Source: an uncultured bacterium (GTDB lineage: Bacteria > Patescibacteriota > Minisyncoccia > UBA6257 > 2-01-FULL-56-20). Taken from it: a stretch of DNA of 64,000 nt. Positions 10,735 through 18,864 of the stretch are shown here, piece by piece. The DNA is taken from the NCBI GenBank assembly GCA_963718515.1, contig OY970354.1, forward strand, positions 438,808 to 502,807, given 5' to 3'. Numbering within the stretch: position 1 is the first letter of the stretch; each line of letters begins with the position of its first letter. The position numbers were made by a program, and so were the translations under genes. Below the pieces are notes generated by a model that worked only from the letters and a program-made list of their open reading frames with translations, did not search any database and was not told the origin of the DNA.

Positions 10735-11502
10735 ATGATAACAACCACTATGGCCTCCAAAAAAATCTATCTTCAGCCGTCGTCGGAAGACCTCGTCCTT
10801 GATAACAACGGCCAGGATAAGCAGTACGTTTTGAAACTTCGCGATCTTCCCACCAACGAAAAGCCGCGCGAGAAACTCGCCAAGTACGGACCATCCGTCC
10901 TTTCCCTTGAGGAACTTTTCGCCATCGTTTTGAACGTAGGCACCAAAAAAGAAGAAGTGCTCAGTATGTCTCGTCGCGTATTAAAAGAATATGGCGATAA
11001 CGCGATCATCAACCAAAAGGATCCCAAGAAAGTGAGTGAGATGCTCGATATCCCGCTTGGCAAGGCATGCCAGATCGTCGCGTGTTTTGAGCTCGGCCGG
11101 CGGTTCTTTAAAGCGCAGGACGGCAAGAAGCCGATCACGATCCGTACCGCCAGCCAGGTGCATACATATCTTAAAGATATGCAGGAATTGCCGAAAGAGC
11201 ATCTGCGCGGCCTCTATCTGGATGCGCATTATCAATTGATCCACGACGAGGTGATCTCGATCGGCACGCTTACGTCGAACATCATCCATCCGCGCGAAGT
11301 GTTCCGCCCCGCGCTCGAGTACTCCGCGTCGGCGCTGATCCTCGCGCACAACCATCCCTCCGGCGTCTCGAAGCCGAGCGATGCGGACATCGCGATCACG
11401 CGCCAGATCGTGGAGGCAGGTAAGATCCTCGGCATCAGCCTGCTTGACCACGTCATCGTTGCCAAAAACAAGTTTGAGAGCGTGCCGGTGGAGTATGCGT
11501 AA
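10735..11502 (+). CDS. radC: RadC-family JAB/MPN domain protein
   Basis: 255 aa with an HhH-like N-terminus (LSLEELFAIVLNVGTKK) and the JAMM motif HNHPSGVSKPSDAD. Confidence 0.9.
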   Translation: MITTTMASKKIYLQPSSEDLVLDNNGQDKQYVLKLRDLPTNEKPREKLAKYGPSVLSLEELFAIVLNVGTKKEEVLSMSRRVLKEYGDNAIINQKDPKKVSEMLDIPLGKACQIVACFELGRRFFKAQDGKKPITIRTASQVHTYLKDMQELPKEHLRGLYLDAHYQLIHDEVISIGTLTSNIIHPREVFRPALEYSASALILAHNHPSGVSKPSDADIAITRQIVEAGKILGISLLDHVIVAKNKFESVPVEYA

Positions 11503-11551
11503 GGGATGGCGGTAACTTTTTCATCCCCCACTTTTTTGCTATAATCTCCCT

Positions 11552-12290
11552 ATGGTTGAGTTCTCGCATTTAACGAAAGCCTATAAAAAGCGGGTGGCGG
11601 TGGATGATTTTACGCTTTCCGTGGATGTGCCGATCTTCGGGTTTTTGGGCCAGAACGGGGCAGGGAAGACGACGATCATGAAGATGATCGTGGGTCTGCT
11701 TACGCCCACGAAGCGGCACGATCACGATCGACGGGGCGATCTCGTCGCATCCGATTTTCAAGAAGAAGATCGGCTATATGCCGGAGACGCCGTATTTTTA
11801 TGAACGCATGACGGGCATGGAATTTTTGCGGTTTTGCGATGAGCTTTTTGAACCGGTGCGCGGTCAGCAGAAAAAATATGAGGACATTCTGAAAAAAGTG
11901 GGCATCTACGGCGCGCGCGATTTTGAGATCAAAACGTATTCCAAGGGCATGCGCCAGCGCCTCGGCTTCGCGCAATCGCTTGTGAACGATCCGGAATATT
12001 TATTTCTCGACGAACCGCTCGACGGCCTCGACCCGATCGGCCGCCGCGAAATGAAGGAGGTGATGCTCGACCTCAAACACGAAGGCCGCAAGATATTTTT
12101 GAACACGCACATCTTGGCCGACGTCGAAGAGATCTGCGACGAAGTGGGGATCATCCATCAGGGAAAATTGCTGTACGCAGGCTCCGTAAAGGCATTCTGT
12201 GCGGGCAAGCCGCTCGAGGAGCGTTTTATGGAGGCCGTGGAAGAACATGAGCGGAAATATGAATCGCACGAAGTTCACCACAAAAAATAG
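11552..12290 (+). CDS. ABC transporter ATP-binding protein (ABC-2 type), one frameshift near 11708
   Basis: Walker A GQNGAGKTT. After LLTPT the frame shifts to SGTITIDGAISSHPIFKKKIGYMPETPYFYERMTG. The signature YSKGMRQRLGFAQSL and Walker B YLFLDEPLDGLD follow. Confidence 0.85.
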
Positions 12291-12306
12291 CACTTGATCT
12301 TTATTA

Positions 12307-13071
12307 ATGAGAAACATCTTCATCATCGCAAAGAACACGCTTAAGCTTGAGATCCGGGACAAGATCCTTTATGGCATCATCATTTTCGGCCTGCTCTATA
12401 TATTCTTCATGCTGTTTCTTTCTAACTTGGTGCTCCAGGAATTGCCGATGTTGAAAAGTTTCGGCTTGACCGGCATCTATTTCTTCAACGCGATCATTGC
12501 GCTATTTCTGGGCACCACATCGTTCTTTAAGGACGTGGATCGCAAGGTGGTCTATTTTATCCTCTCAAAGCCGGTGTCGCGCATGCAATTCGTGCTGGGA
12601 AAGTTCTTCGGGCTCTGCCTCGTGCTCCTCCTTACGAGCGCGATCTTGAGCGTTGCGTACCTGGGCGTCGTGCTCTTTGAACACGGTGGATTCGACGGCC
12701 TTGGTCTGCTCGCCATCGCGATGCAGTTCCTCGAGATGGCGCTCTTCCTCGCGTTTGCGATATTCGTCTCCACGTTTTCGAGCTCGCTCATATCGATCGT
12801 ATATACCTCGGCGGTGTTCTTCCTTGGCCACATCGTAAGCCAGCTCGTGGCGGACGCAAAAGCGATCCACCTCGGCGGCGTCAAACTCCTGCTCGTTGAG
12901 GTCCTTTATTATATTTTCCCCAACCTTGAAAAGTTCGATGCGCGCGACCTGGCCATTCACGCCGTCGCCACGCCATGGACCTCGTTCGGCCTCGCCGCCG
13001 CGTACGCCGCAGTATATATCATCCTTCTCCTCACCGCCGCCATCTGGATCTTCGATAAGAAGGAAATCTAG
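12307..13071 (+). CDS. ABC-2 family transporter permease
   Basis: 254 aa polytopic membrane protein immediately downstream of the ATPase. It has six predicted hydrophobic segments. Confidence 0.75.
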   Translation: MRNIFIIAKNTLKLEIRDKILYGIIIFGLLYIFFMLFLSNLVLQELPMLKSFGLTGIYFFNAIIALFLGTTSFFKDVDRKVVYFILSKPVSRMQFVLGKFFGLCLVLLLTSAILSVAYLGVVLFEHGGFDGLGLLAIAMQFLEMALFLAFAIFVSTFSSSLISIVYTSAVFFLGHIVSQLVADAKAIHLGGVKLLLVEVLYYIFPNLEKFDARDLAIHAVATPWTSFGLAAAYAAVYIILLLTAAIWIFDKKEI

Positions 13072-13073
13072 CG

Positions 13074-13949
13074 ATGACGATGCGCCTCACTTCGCCCTTC
13101 GCAAAAATATTCGTCATCGTAGCACTTCTCGCGCTCATCGTGCTCCTGCAGTACGAATATGACGCGACGAAAATAACGCTTCCGGCATCCGCCGGGCAGT
13201 CCGCCGTATCGCCCTTCGTGGTGCGCATCATTGATATGGGATTCCACCCGGCGGTCGCGTCGTTCATGTGGGCCACCACGATGCCGGAGATCTTGGATAT
13301 GTTCAATAAAAAATATGAGTATCTTTCCGATCTCGCAATCGTGACGGCCATCGACCCCAAATTGAGCTACCCCTACGCATTCTCAGTGCTCACCCTGCCG
13401 GCGGTGCCGCTGGCCGACGATCCGCAAGAGATCGCGCAGGCGGATACGATCGGTGAGCAGGGTCTGGCCGCCGCCGACCCCGACTGGCGCATCGCGTACT
13501 ACATGGCGACCAATGAATTTTTGTATGCAAAGAACGATCAGGAGGCGGCGTGGTATTACAACATTGCCGCCAACACGCCGGGGGTGCCGCAGTACGCAGA
13601 ACGGTTCTCGCTCAACTTTGGGATAGAGACGAATCAGCGCGAAAAAACCGAACAGCTCTGGGAGACCATCAAGGATTCCACGAATGACCCCGCCACGCAG
13701 GCGCGCGCGCAGGCGTACATCGACCACCTTGAGGACTTTGATTATCTGGATGCGGCCTCGAAGCAATATAAGGCGTTGTTCGGCAAATATCCCACGTCCA
13801 CCGCTGAACTGGTTGAAAAGGGGATCATCCCATCCGTGCCGGTGGACCCGTTCGGGTTCACGTTCATCATCAATCCCGATGGCACGTCGGGGATCGATCT
13901 GAGCCAGAGCGCATTGCCTTCGTATATCAGCGCCGAGCCGGCGGAGTAG
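13074..13949 (+). CDS. hypothetical membrane-anchored helical-repeat protein
   Basis: 291 aa beginning 3 nt after the permease stop. It has an N-terminal TM helix and a helical repeat-like remainder. No family was recognised. Confidence 0.55.
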   Translation: MTMRLTSPFAKIFVIVALLALIVLLQYEYDATKITLPASAGQSAVSPFVVRIIDMGFHPAVASFMWATTMPEILDMFNKKYEYLSDLAIVTAIDPKLSYPYAFSVLTLPAVPLADDPQEIAQADTIGEQGLAAADPDWRIAYYMATNEFLYAKNDQEAAWYYNIAANTPGVPQYAERFSLNFGIETNQREKTEQLWETIKDSTNDPATQARAQAYIDHLEDFDYLDAASKQYKALFGKYPTSTAELVEKGIIPSVPVDPFGFTFIINPDGTSGIDLSQSALPSYISAEPAE

Positions 13950-14045
13950 GATGCTTGAATTTCTCTTCGAAAAAAGCGATACTCATATCCTATGAAACTC
14001 TCCATCGGCATAGTGGGAACACAATCGATAACAAAAAAAGCCAAG

Positions 14046-14076
14046 TAATTCCATTCGAATTTAGAATACGGCTACC
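14046..14076 (+). repeat. direct repeat copy 1 (relic 3' end of a small-gene paralogue)
   Basis: TAATTCCATTCGAATTTAGAATACGGCTACC matches 24/31 positions of 14396-14426. Both copies are preceded by an A7 run. Confidence 0.7.
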
Positions 14077-14203
14077 TTTGCCTCGGTATGCACGGGTGAT
14101 CGTGAGTCGCGATGAAAAGGGAAGGATAATCAGTTCTGCATCTGACTCTGTATAGCTCACGCTTGAGTATCTAACAATAACGCCATATTAAATAATTTAT
14201 TTC

Positions 14204-14398
14204 ATGCAACTTTCTGATAAAGATATCGCATCATTCCAAGCACTTTATAAAAAACGTTTTGGAAAAGATATTGATAAAAAAGAAGCACTTGAGCAGGGCA
14301 CGAAGCTAGTCCGGCTAATGCAGCTGATTTACAAACCAATGACGCAAGCCGAGTTTGATGCAGTTCAAGCACGCAGAAAAAAATCTCGTCGCATTTAA
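14204..14398 (+). CDS. small helical hypothetical protein (64 aa)
   Basis: The ORF MQLSDKDIASFQALYKKRFGKDIDKKEALEQGTKLVRLMQLIYKPMTQAEFDAVQARRKKSRRI lies in an AT-rich interval. No family was recognised. Confidence 0.45.
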   Translation: MQLSDKDIASFQALYKKRFGKDIDKKEALEQGTKLVRLMQLIYKPMTQAEFDAVQARRKKSRRI

Positions 14399-14426
14399 TT
14401 CCTTTCGAGTTTCGTATAAAGTTACC
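14396..14426 (+). repeat. direct repeat copy 2 (overlaps the stop of the 64 aa ORF)
   Basis: TAATTCCTTTCGAGTTTCGTATAAAGTTACC matches 24/31 positions of 14046-14076. Confidence 0.7.
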
Positions 14427-14517
14427 ATGCTGTGTTACCTGAGCTTTATGCTTGCGTGATGAGTGTTTTTTCCGTATAGTAGGCGGGCAGAAAAGCTCTT
14501 TCAAAACAGATCAGATC

Positions 14518-14856
14518 ATGGAGAAACGCATGAAAAAGGATAAGTACCTGCGCGCCCGCGGCGGCACGGCACGGATTCTCGACATCCATTGCGCAAGATG
14601 CGCCGCTTGGGTTTTGAAGTATCAGAAGGATGGCGTAGGGCAACTCCTGCGCTGTTACCTCAATCGGATTTTCGCTCCGCCGGAACTCGCTGCGCTGCAG
14701 CACAATCCGGGGATTAGGGAACCGAAAGACATGTCCAACCTCGCCTGTCCGAAATGCAGTACCGTCATCGGAACGCCGATGCGGTACGAAGACGGCAGAC
14801 TCGCGTACCGCCTCATGAAGGGAACGTACGCCAAGAAAATAGTGAAAGGAGAATGA
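14518..14856 (+). CDS. Zn-ribbon protein, paralogue A (CxxC ... CPxC)
   Basis: ATG at 14518; an alternative ATG at 14530 has GGAGA 6 nt upstream. Sequence: KDKYLRARGGTARILDIHCARCAAWVLKYQKDGVGQLLRCYLNRIF...NLACPKCSTVIGTP. It is about 45% identical to the product of 17111-17446(-). Its stop overlaps the next start (ATGA at 14853-14856). Confidence 0.7.
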   Translation: MEKRMKKDKYLRARGGTARILDIHCARCAAWVLKYQKDGVGQLLRCYLNRIFAPPELAALQHNPGIREPKDMSNLACPKCSTVIGTPMRYEDGRLAYRLMKGTYAKKIVKGE

Positions 14857-15680
14857 CCGTGGAACTGAATCTTCAGGCAGTTGCAAAGCGCACGGATCGA
14901 ACTGTCGAGGAGGTTCAGCGCCTCATCGACAAAGCCAAGCAATCAATGATTCCACTCGGCAAACAAGTAAGTGTCGCCGAAAACGGACTCACTCGATTTT
15001 TCATCGTAACCCGGCAAGGCGTCGGCCTCATCAAAACCCACTTCGGGAGATTTCATCAATTCGATTTCGGCATCGATGATGCGTGGGGCAAGTACTCAGT
15101 GCTGTTCTTCGGAACGCTCGACGATAATCTCATGCCAGTCTTCGCGCAGCAGGAACTTCTCTTGATGCGGATCGATTCGGGATGCGAAACGGGTCAGCTC
15201 TTCGGCGATCGCACATGCGAATGTCGAGAGCAGCTCGCGCTCGCGATGAAAACCGTCGCCGAACATGGCGAGGGACTCATCGTAAACATCCCGCGCCAAG
15301 ACGGACGAGGATTGGGGTTGCCCTTCAAGCTCGCGACATTGCGGCTTCAGGATGAACTCAAGCTCGATACCGTGGAAGCGGCGAATGCGGTTGCGCCGAA
15401 CGGCGTGATCGACATCCGCACCTACGGTGGCGTCATCGGCATCCTGAAATACTTCGGGATTTCGACGGCGACGAAGATCAATCTCGCGACAAACAATCCC
15501 GATAAAGCGGGAGTGTTCGCAGCGAACGGATATGCGGTCGCCGATTACACGCCGATCGTGATTCCGCCCACCGACCTTACGCGGGAACACCTCGAAGCGA
15601 AACAAGAGCATCTCGGCCATATCGGCCTCATTCAGCCAAGGGAAGGAGACCAAGATGAAGACATCCTGCCGAAGCCTTGA
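14853..15680 (+). CDS. GTP cyclohydrolase II-like enzyme with ~55 aa N-terminal extension
   Basis: 275 aa that aligns to RibA. Matching segments are RIDSGCETGQLFGDRTCECREQL (the C-x10-C-x-C zinc ligand pattern), RQDGRGLGL, DTVEAAN and LATNNPDK. Confidence 0.8.
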   Translation: MTVELNLQAVAKRTDRTVEEVQRLIDKAKQSMIPLGKQVSVAENGLTRFFIVTRQGVGLIKTHFGRFHQFDFGIDDAWGKYSVLFFGTLDDNLMPVFAQQELLLMRIDSGCETGQLFGDRTCECREQLALAMKTVAEHGEGLIVNIPRQDGRGLGLPFKLATLRLQDELKLDTVEAANAVAPNGVIDIRTYGGVIGILKYFGISTATKINLATNNPDKAGVFAANGYAVADYTPIVIPPTDLTREHLEAKQEHLGHIGLIQPREGDQDEDILPKP

Positions 15681-17070
15681 ATTGCTCCGTCAAGCAATGA
15701 TACGCAATAACACGCTCGCTTGCTGCGGACTCGATCCCGACATCGACAAGATGCCGAGAGAGTTCTTCCGCCGCAAAAATTGGTCGGAGATGTTTACGGT
15801 GCGGCCGTTCCTCGAGGTCGTCATTGATCTCACCGCGTCGCACGTCTGTTGCTACAAGGTGCAGAAAGCATTCTTCGATATTTTCCCCGGAGGCCACGAC
15901 CTTCTGAAGTACACTATCGCGTACATCCACACCCATCATCCCGAACTCCCCGTCTTCGTTGACGCGAAGATCGGGGATGTCGGGAACACGATGGACATCT
16001 ACCTCCGTACCATCTTCGGCGAACTCGATGCCGACGGCGTTGTGGTGAACCCTTATCTCGGCGATGACGTGATGTGGCCGTTCGCGGAGCTGCCCGACAA
16101 GGCGGCGATCGTGACGGTCAAAACGAGCAACCCCGATGCCGCTATCGTTCAGGATGTCATTCTTCAGGACGGAAGACCGCTCTGGAAATACATTCTTGAA
16201 TTGACGGCCAATCGTTGGAACGGTGCCGGGAACATGGTTCCTGTAATCGGCTCGACGGCGGACATCGACATGAGCGATGTGCGGCGAATCATTCCGGACG
16301 AAATGCCCGTGCTCTTTGCGGGCTACGGAGTTCAGGGCGGCACAACGAAACATCTGCGGCAGCTCTTGGATTCGGAGCGATCTGGCGTCTTCGTGAATTC
16401 TTCACGGGGAATCCTGTATCCGTACGATGTCCAAGACCTACGGTGGCGGGATACGGTTGTGCAAGCCGTAAAGGCATTGCAGAGCACCTTGAACATTGAG
16501 AGGAGCCGTTCCAAGTTCTTGCTCCTTCTCGGCGTTTCGGGCGTCGGCAAAAGTACGATCATCCGCGAGCTTCGCAAGCTCGATTCTCGCTTCATCTATA
16601 TCTCGCCGTTTATGACAAGAGAACTGCGCTTCGGGGAAACGGACAAAATCCCGATCACCGGAGAGCAGATGGATGAGATGGAACGGCAAGGCAAGCTGCT
16701 TGTCGTGAACGAACTCTACGGGGTTCGCTACGCGACTCCCCGAGAACCGATCGAGCAAGCCTTCGCGGGAGAGCAATTTCCTCTCCTCGACTGGCCGATC
16801 GACCGGCTTCACGTTATGCAGCAGGCTTTTCCGAAAAAACTCTTTACCGTCTACGTCGAACCGCCGGATGCAGAAACGCTTCGGCAACGATTAGTAGACG
16901 GGAGAGATCTCGAGGAAAAACGGATTGATGCGGCAACGGCAGAACTCGCAACGCTCGCGCAAGGCACCTACGATGATGCAATCGATCATCGCGTGGTGAG
17001 TAGTGAGGGCGAAGTGGCTTCGGTCGCCCATGCGATCTACCATGAATATACGCGCGCTATGGATTTCTGA
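15655..17070 (+). CDS. fusion protein: type-2 orotidine-5'-phosphate decarboxylase-like domain + guanylate kinase-like P-loop domain
   Basis: AAGGAG lies 7 nt upstream of the ATG, and the gene overlaps the preceding one by 26 nt. The N-terminal half has CCGLDPDIDKMP, YKVQKAFFD, VDAKIGDVGNTM (D-x-K-x-x-D) and TSNPDAA. The C-terminal half has LLLLGVSGVGKSTII, PFMTRELRFGETD, LYGVRYATP and VYVEPPDAETLRQRL. Confidence 0.8.
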   Translation: MKTSCRSLELLRQAMIRNNTLACCGLDPDIDKMPREFFRRKNWSEMFTVRPFLEVVIDLTASHVCCYKVQKAFFDIFPGGHDLLKYTIAYIHTHHPELPVFVDAKIGDVGNTMDIYLRTIFGELDADGVVVNPYLGDDVMWPFAELPDKAAIVTVKTSNPDAAIVQDVILQDGRPLWKYILELTANRWNGAGNMVPVIGSTADIDMSDVRRIIPDEMPVLFAGYGVQGGTTKHLRQLLDSERSGVFVNSSRGILYPYDVQDLRWRDTVVQAVKALQSTLNIERSRSKFLLLLGVSGVGKSTIIRELRKLDSRFIYISPFMTRELRFGETDKIPITGEQMDEMERQGKLLVVNELYGVRYATPREPIEQAFAGEQFPLLDWPIDRLHVMQQAFPKKLFTVYVEPPDAETLRQRLVDGRDLEEKRIDAATAELATLAQGTYDDAIDHRVVSSEGEVASVAHAIYHEYTRAMDF

Positions 17071-17084
17071 TCCATAGCGCACAG

Positions 17085-17109
17085 CCCCGGCGAAATGTCG
17101 GGGTTTTTT
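17085..17109. terminator. bidirectional terminator shared by convergent genes
   Basis: CCCCG-gcgaaatgt-CGGGG followed by TTTTTT. It is preceded by a 10 bp perfect inverted repeat, GCGCTATGGA/TCCATAGCGC (17054-17080), that spans the stop codon. Confidence 0.7.
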
Positions 17110-17110
17110 C

Positions 17111-17446
17111 TTATCCGTGCGCCTTCGCTATCTTCTTCGTCGCCGATCCCTCAAAGAGGCGGAATGCAGGACGCTTTTCTTTTTCGTAGATATACGGAAT
17201 ACCGATCAGCCGCTTGCAGTGGGGGCAGGCGAGATTCGGCACTTGCTTTATGGGAAGGTGCTGCAGTTTCGCAAAATGCTCCGGCGAAACGATGCGATCG
17301 ATGTACATGCGCTTGAGCGGCCCGGGGCCGTCCTTTTGGTACAGCGCGATGACGTGGTCGCAATGTTCGCAGCGAATTTCAAGAAGGCGCGAATATCCTC
17401 CGCGCGCTTTCCTATATCTATCTTGTTTCAATATAATCTTTTTCAT
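17111..17446 (-). CDS. Zn-ribbon protein, paralogue B (CxxC ... CPxC)
   Basis: The start was moved to ATG 17444-17446 (MKKIILKQDRYRKARGGYSRLLEIRCEHCDHVIALYQKDGPGPLKRMYIDRI...NLACPHCKRLIGIP). TGCTATACT lies 8 nt upstream. The gene converges on the operon at 14518-17070. Confidence 0.7.
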   Translation of the reverse strand: MKKIILKQDRYRKARGGYSRLLEIRCEHCDHVIALYQKDGPGPLKRMYIDRIVSPEHFAKLQHLPIKQVPNLACPHCKRLIGIPYIYEKEKRPAFRLFEGSATKKIAKAHG

Positions 17447-17627
17447 ATCCGTTAAGTATAGCAAGTTTTGACTATAGAATTTGTTCTATGGGTTTATTTG
17501 CGAGCCACTATTTTTCTTTAAGAAAAGATTCATTCTTTAAGCCAGACTTGATAATTTGCTGTTCTTAGTTGAAATAAATCCCCATTTTAGCTATGATAAA
17601 TATCATGATAGCCCAAGAGATCACTAA

Positions 17628-17787
17628 AAAATAGAGCCAATTGAGGAGTTTGCAACCAAAGCAACCGTGATGTTAAAACGCTTGAATTTTGAAGCAAAAC
17701 AAGCGATAGTTAGGAGCGTCGTAGAAAAGGGCGTGATTTCAAAAGATGAATTACGCATAAATGGTTATATTCCAGTAGATAACTCCA
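17628..17787 (+). pseudogene. relic C-terminal fragment of a serine recombinase
   Basis: The frame opens after TAA 17625-17627. KIEPIEEFATKATVMLKRLNFEAKQAIVRSVVEKGVISKDELRINGYIPV resembles the conserved tail of large serine recombinases. No catalytic domain lies upstream, and the surrounding DNA is AT-rich. Confidence 0.45.
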
Positions 17788-18825
17788 ATGTCACATTCTG
17801 TTCTATCCATCGGCATCGTCGGACTTCCGAATGTGGGCAAGTCGACACTGTTCAAACTGATCACCAAGCAGGACGTCACGATCGCCAACTACCCGTTCGC
17901 GACGATAGACCCGAACGTGGGCGTCGTTGCGGTTCCCGATGAACGTCTCGAAAAACTGAACGAGTTGAGCAAATCCAAGAAAAAGATCCCGGCGGTCGTC
18001 GAGTTTTTTGATATTGCAGGATTGGTGAAAGGCGCAAACAAGGGCGAAGGATTGGGCAATGATTTTTTGGATGACATCCAGCTGACCCAGGCGATCGTCA
18101 TGGTGGTCCGCGCGTTCGAGAATCCCGATATCATCCATGTGGAGAATTCCGTCGACCCCGTCCGCGACATTGACGTGATCAATCTGGAACTGATGTTGAA
18201 GGATCTTGCGGCGGTGGATAAGCGTTTGGTGCGGACCGAAGCCGAAGCGCGCGCGGGAAAAAAGGAGGCGATCCAGGATAAAGCCTTGTTGATGCAGCTA
18301 AAAACGGCGCTCGAAAGCGGGGTGCTTCCGGTGAGCGATGCGGCGCTTGCGGAGAGCATTAAAAACCATCCGCGGTTCAACGATCTGCGATTGCTGACCA
18401 CTAAACACCAGCTCTATCTTATCAACGGAAAAGAGTCAGATGTGTCACCGGAATTATTGGCGAAGATAAAAGCGTTGGGCGCTGACCATCTGGTGATGGA
18501 CCTTGCATCGCCTGCGGCCGAGGCGGAAGGCATCCCACAGTTGGTAAAGAAGGCGTATCATATTTTGGATTTGATCAGCTTCTTTACGACCGGCGAGGAC
18601 GAGACGCGTGCGTGGACGATTGAGCGGGGGATGAAGGCGCCGCAGGCGGCGGGCGTTATTCATAGCGATTTTGAGAGCAAATTTATCCGCCTGGAGGCCA
18701 TTCATGCCGACAAACTTTTAGAAGCGGGTGGATGGAGTAAAGCAAAACAGAAAGGCTGGCTGAGGGTGGAGGGAAAAGAATATGTCGTGGCTGACGGGGA
18801 TGTCGTGGAGGTGCGGCACGGGTGA
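17788..18825 (+). CDS. ychF: redox-regulated ribosome-binding ATPase YchF
   Basis: 345 aa with IGIVGLPNVGKSTLF, a DIAGLVKGA G-domain and a C-terminal TGS-like domain (ISFFTTGEDETRAW...GVIHSDFE). Confidence 0.9.
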   Translation: MSHSVLSIGIVGLPNVGKSTLFKLITKQDVTIANYPFATIDPNVGVVAVPDERLEKLNELSKSKKKIPAVVEFFDIAGLVKGANKGEGLGNDFLDDIQLTQAIVMVVRAFENPDIIHVENSVDPVRDIDVINLELMLKDLAAVDKRLVRTEAEARAGKKEAIQDKALLMQLKTALESGVLPVSDAALAESIKNHPRFNDLRLLTTKHQLYLINGKESDVSPELLAKIKALGADHLVMDLASPAAEAEGIPQLVKKAYHILDLISFFTTGEDETRAWTIERGMKAPQAAGVIHSDFESKFIRLEAIHADKLLEAGGWSKAKQKGWLRVEGKEYVVADGDVVEVRHG

Positions 18826-18864
18826 TGCGAGACGCTTTTATGCTATTCTGAATTTAATAAGATA

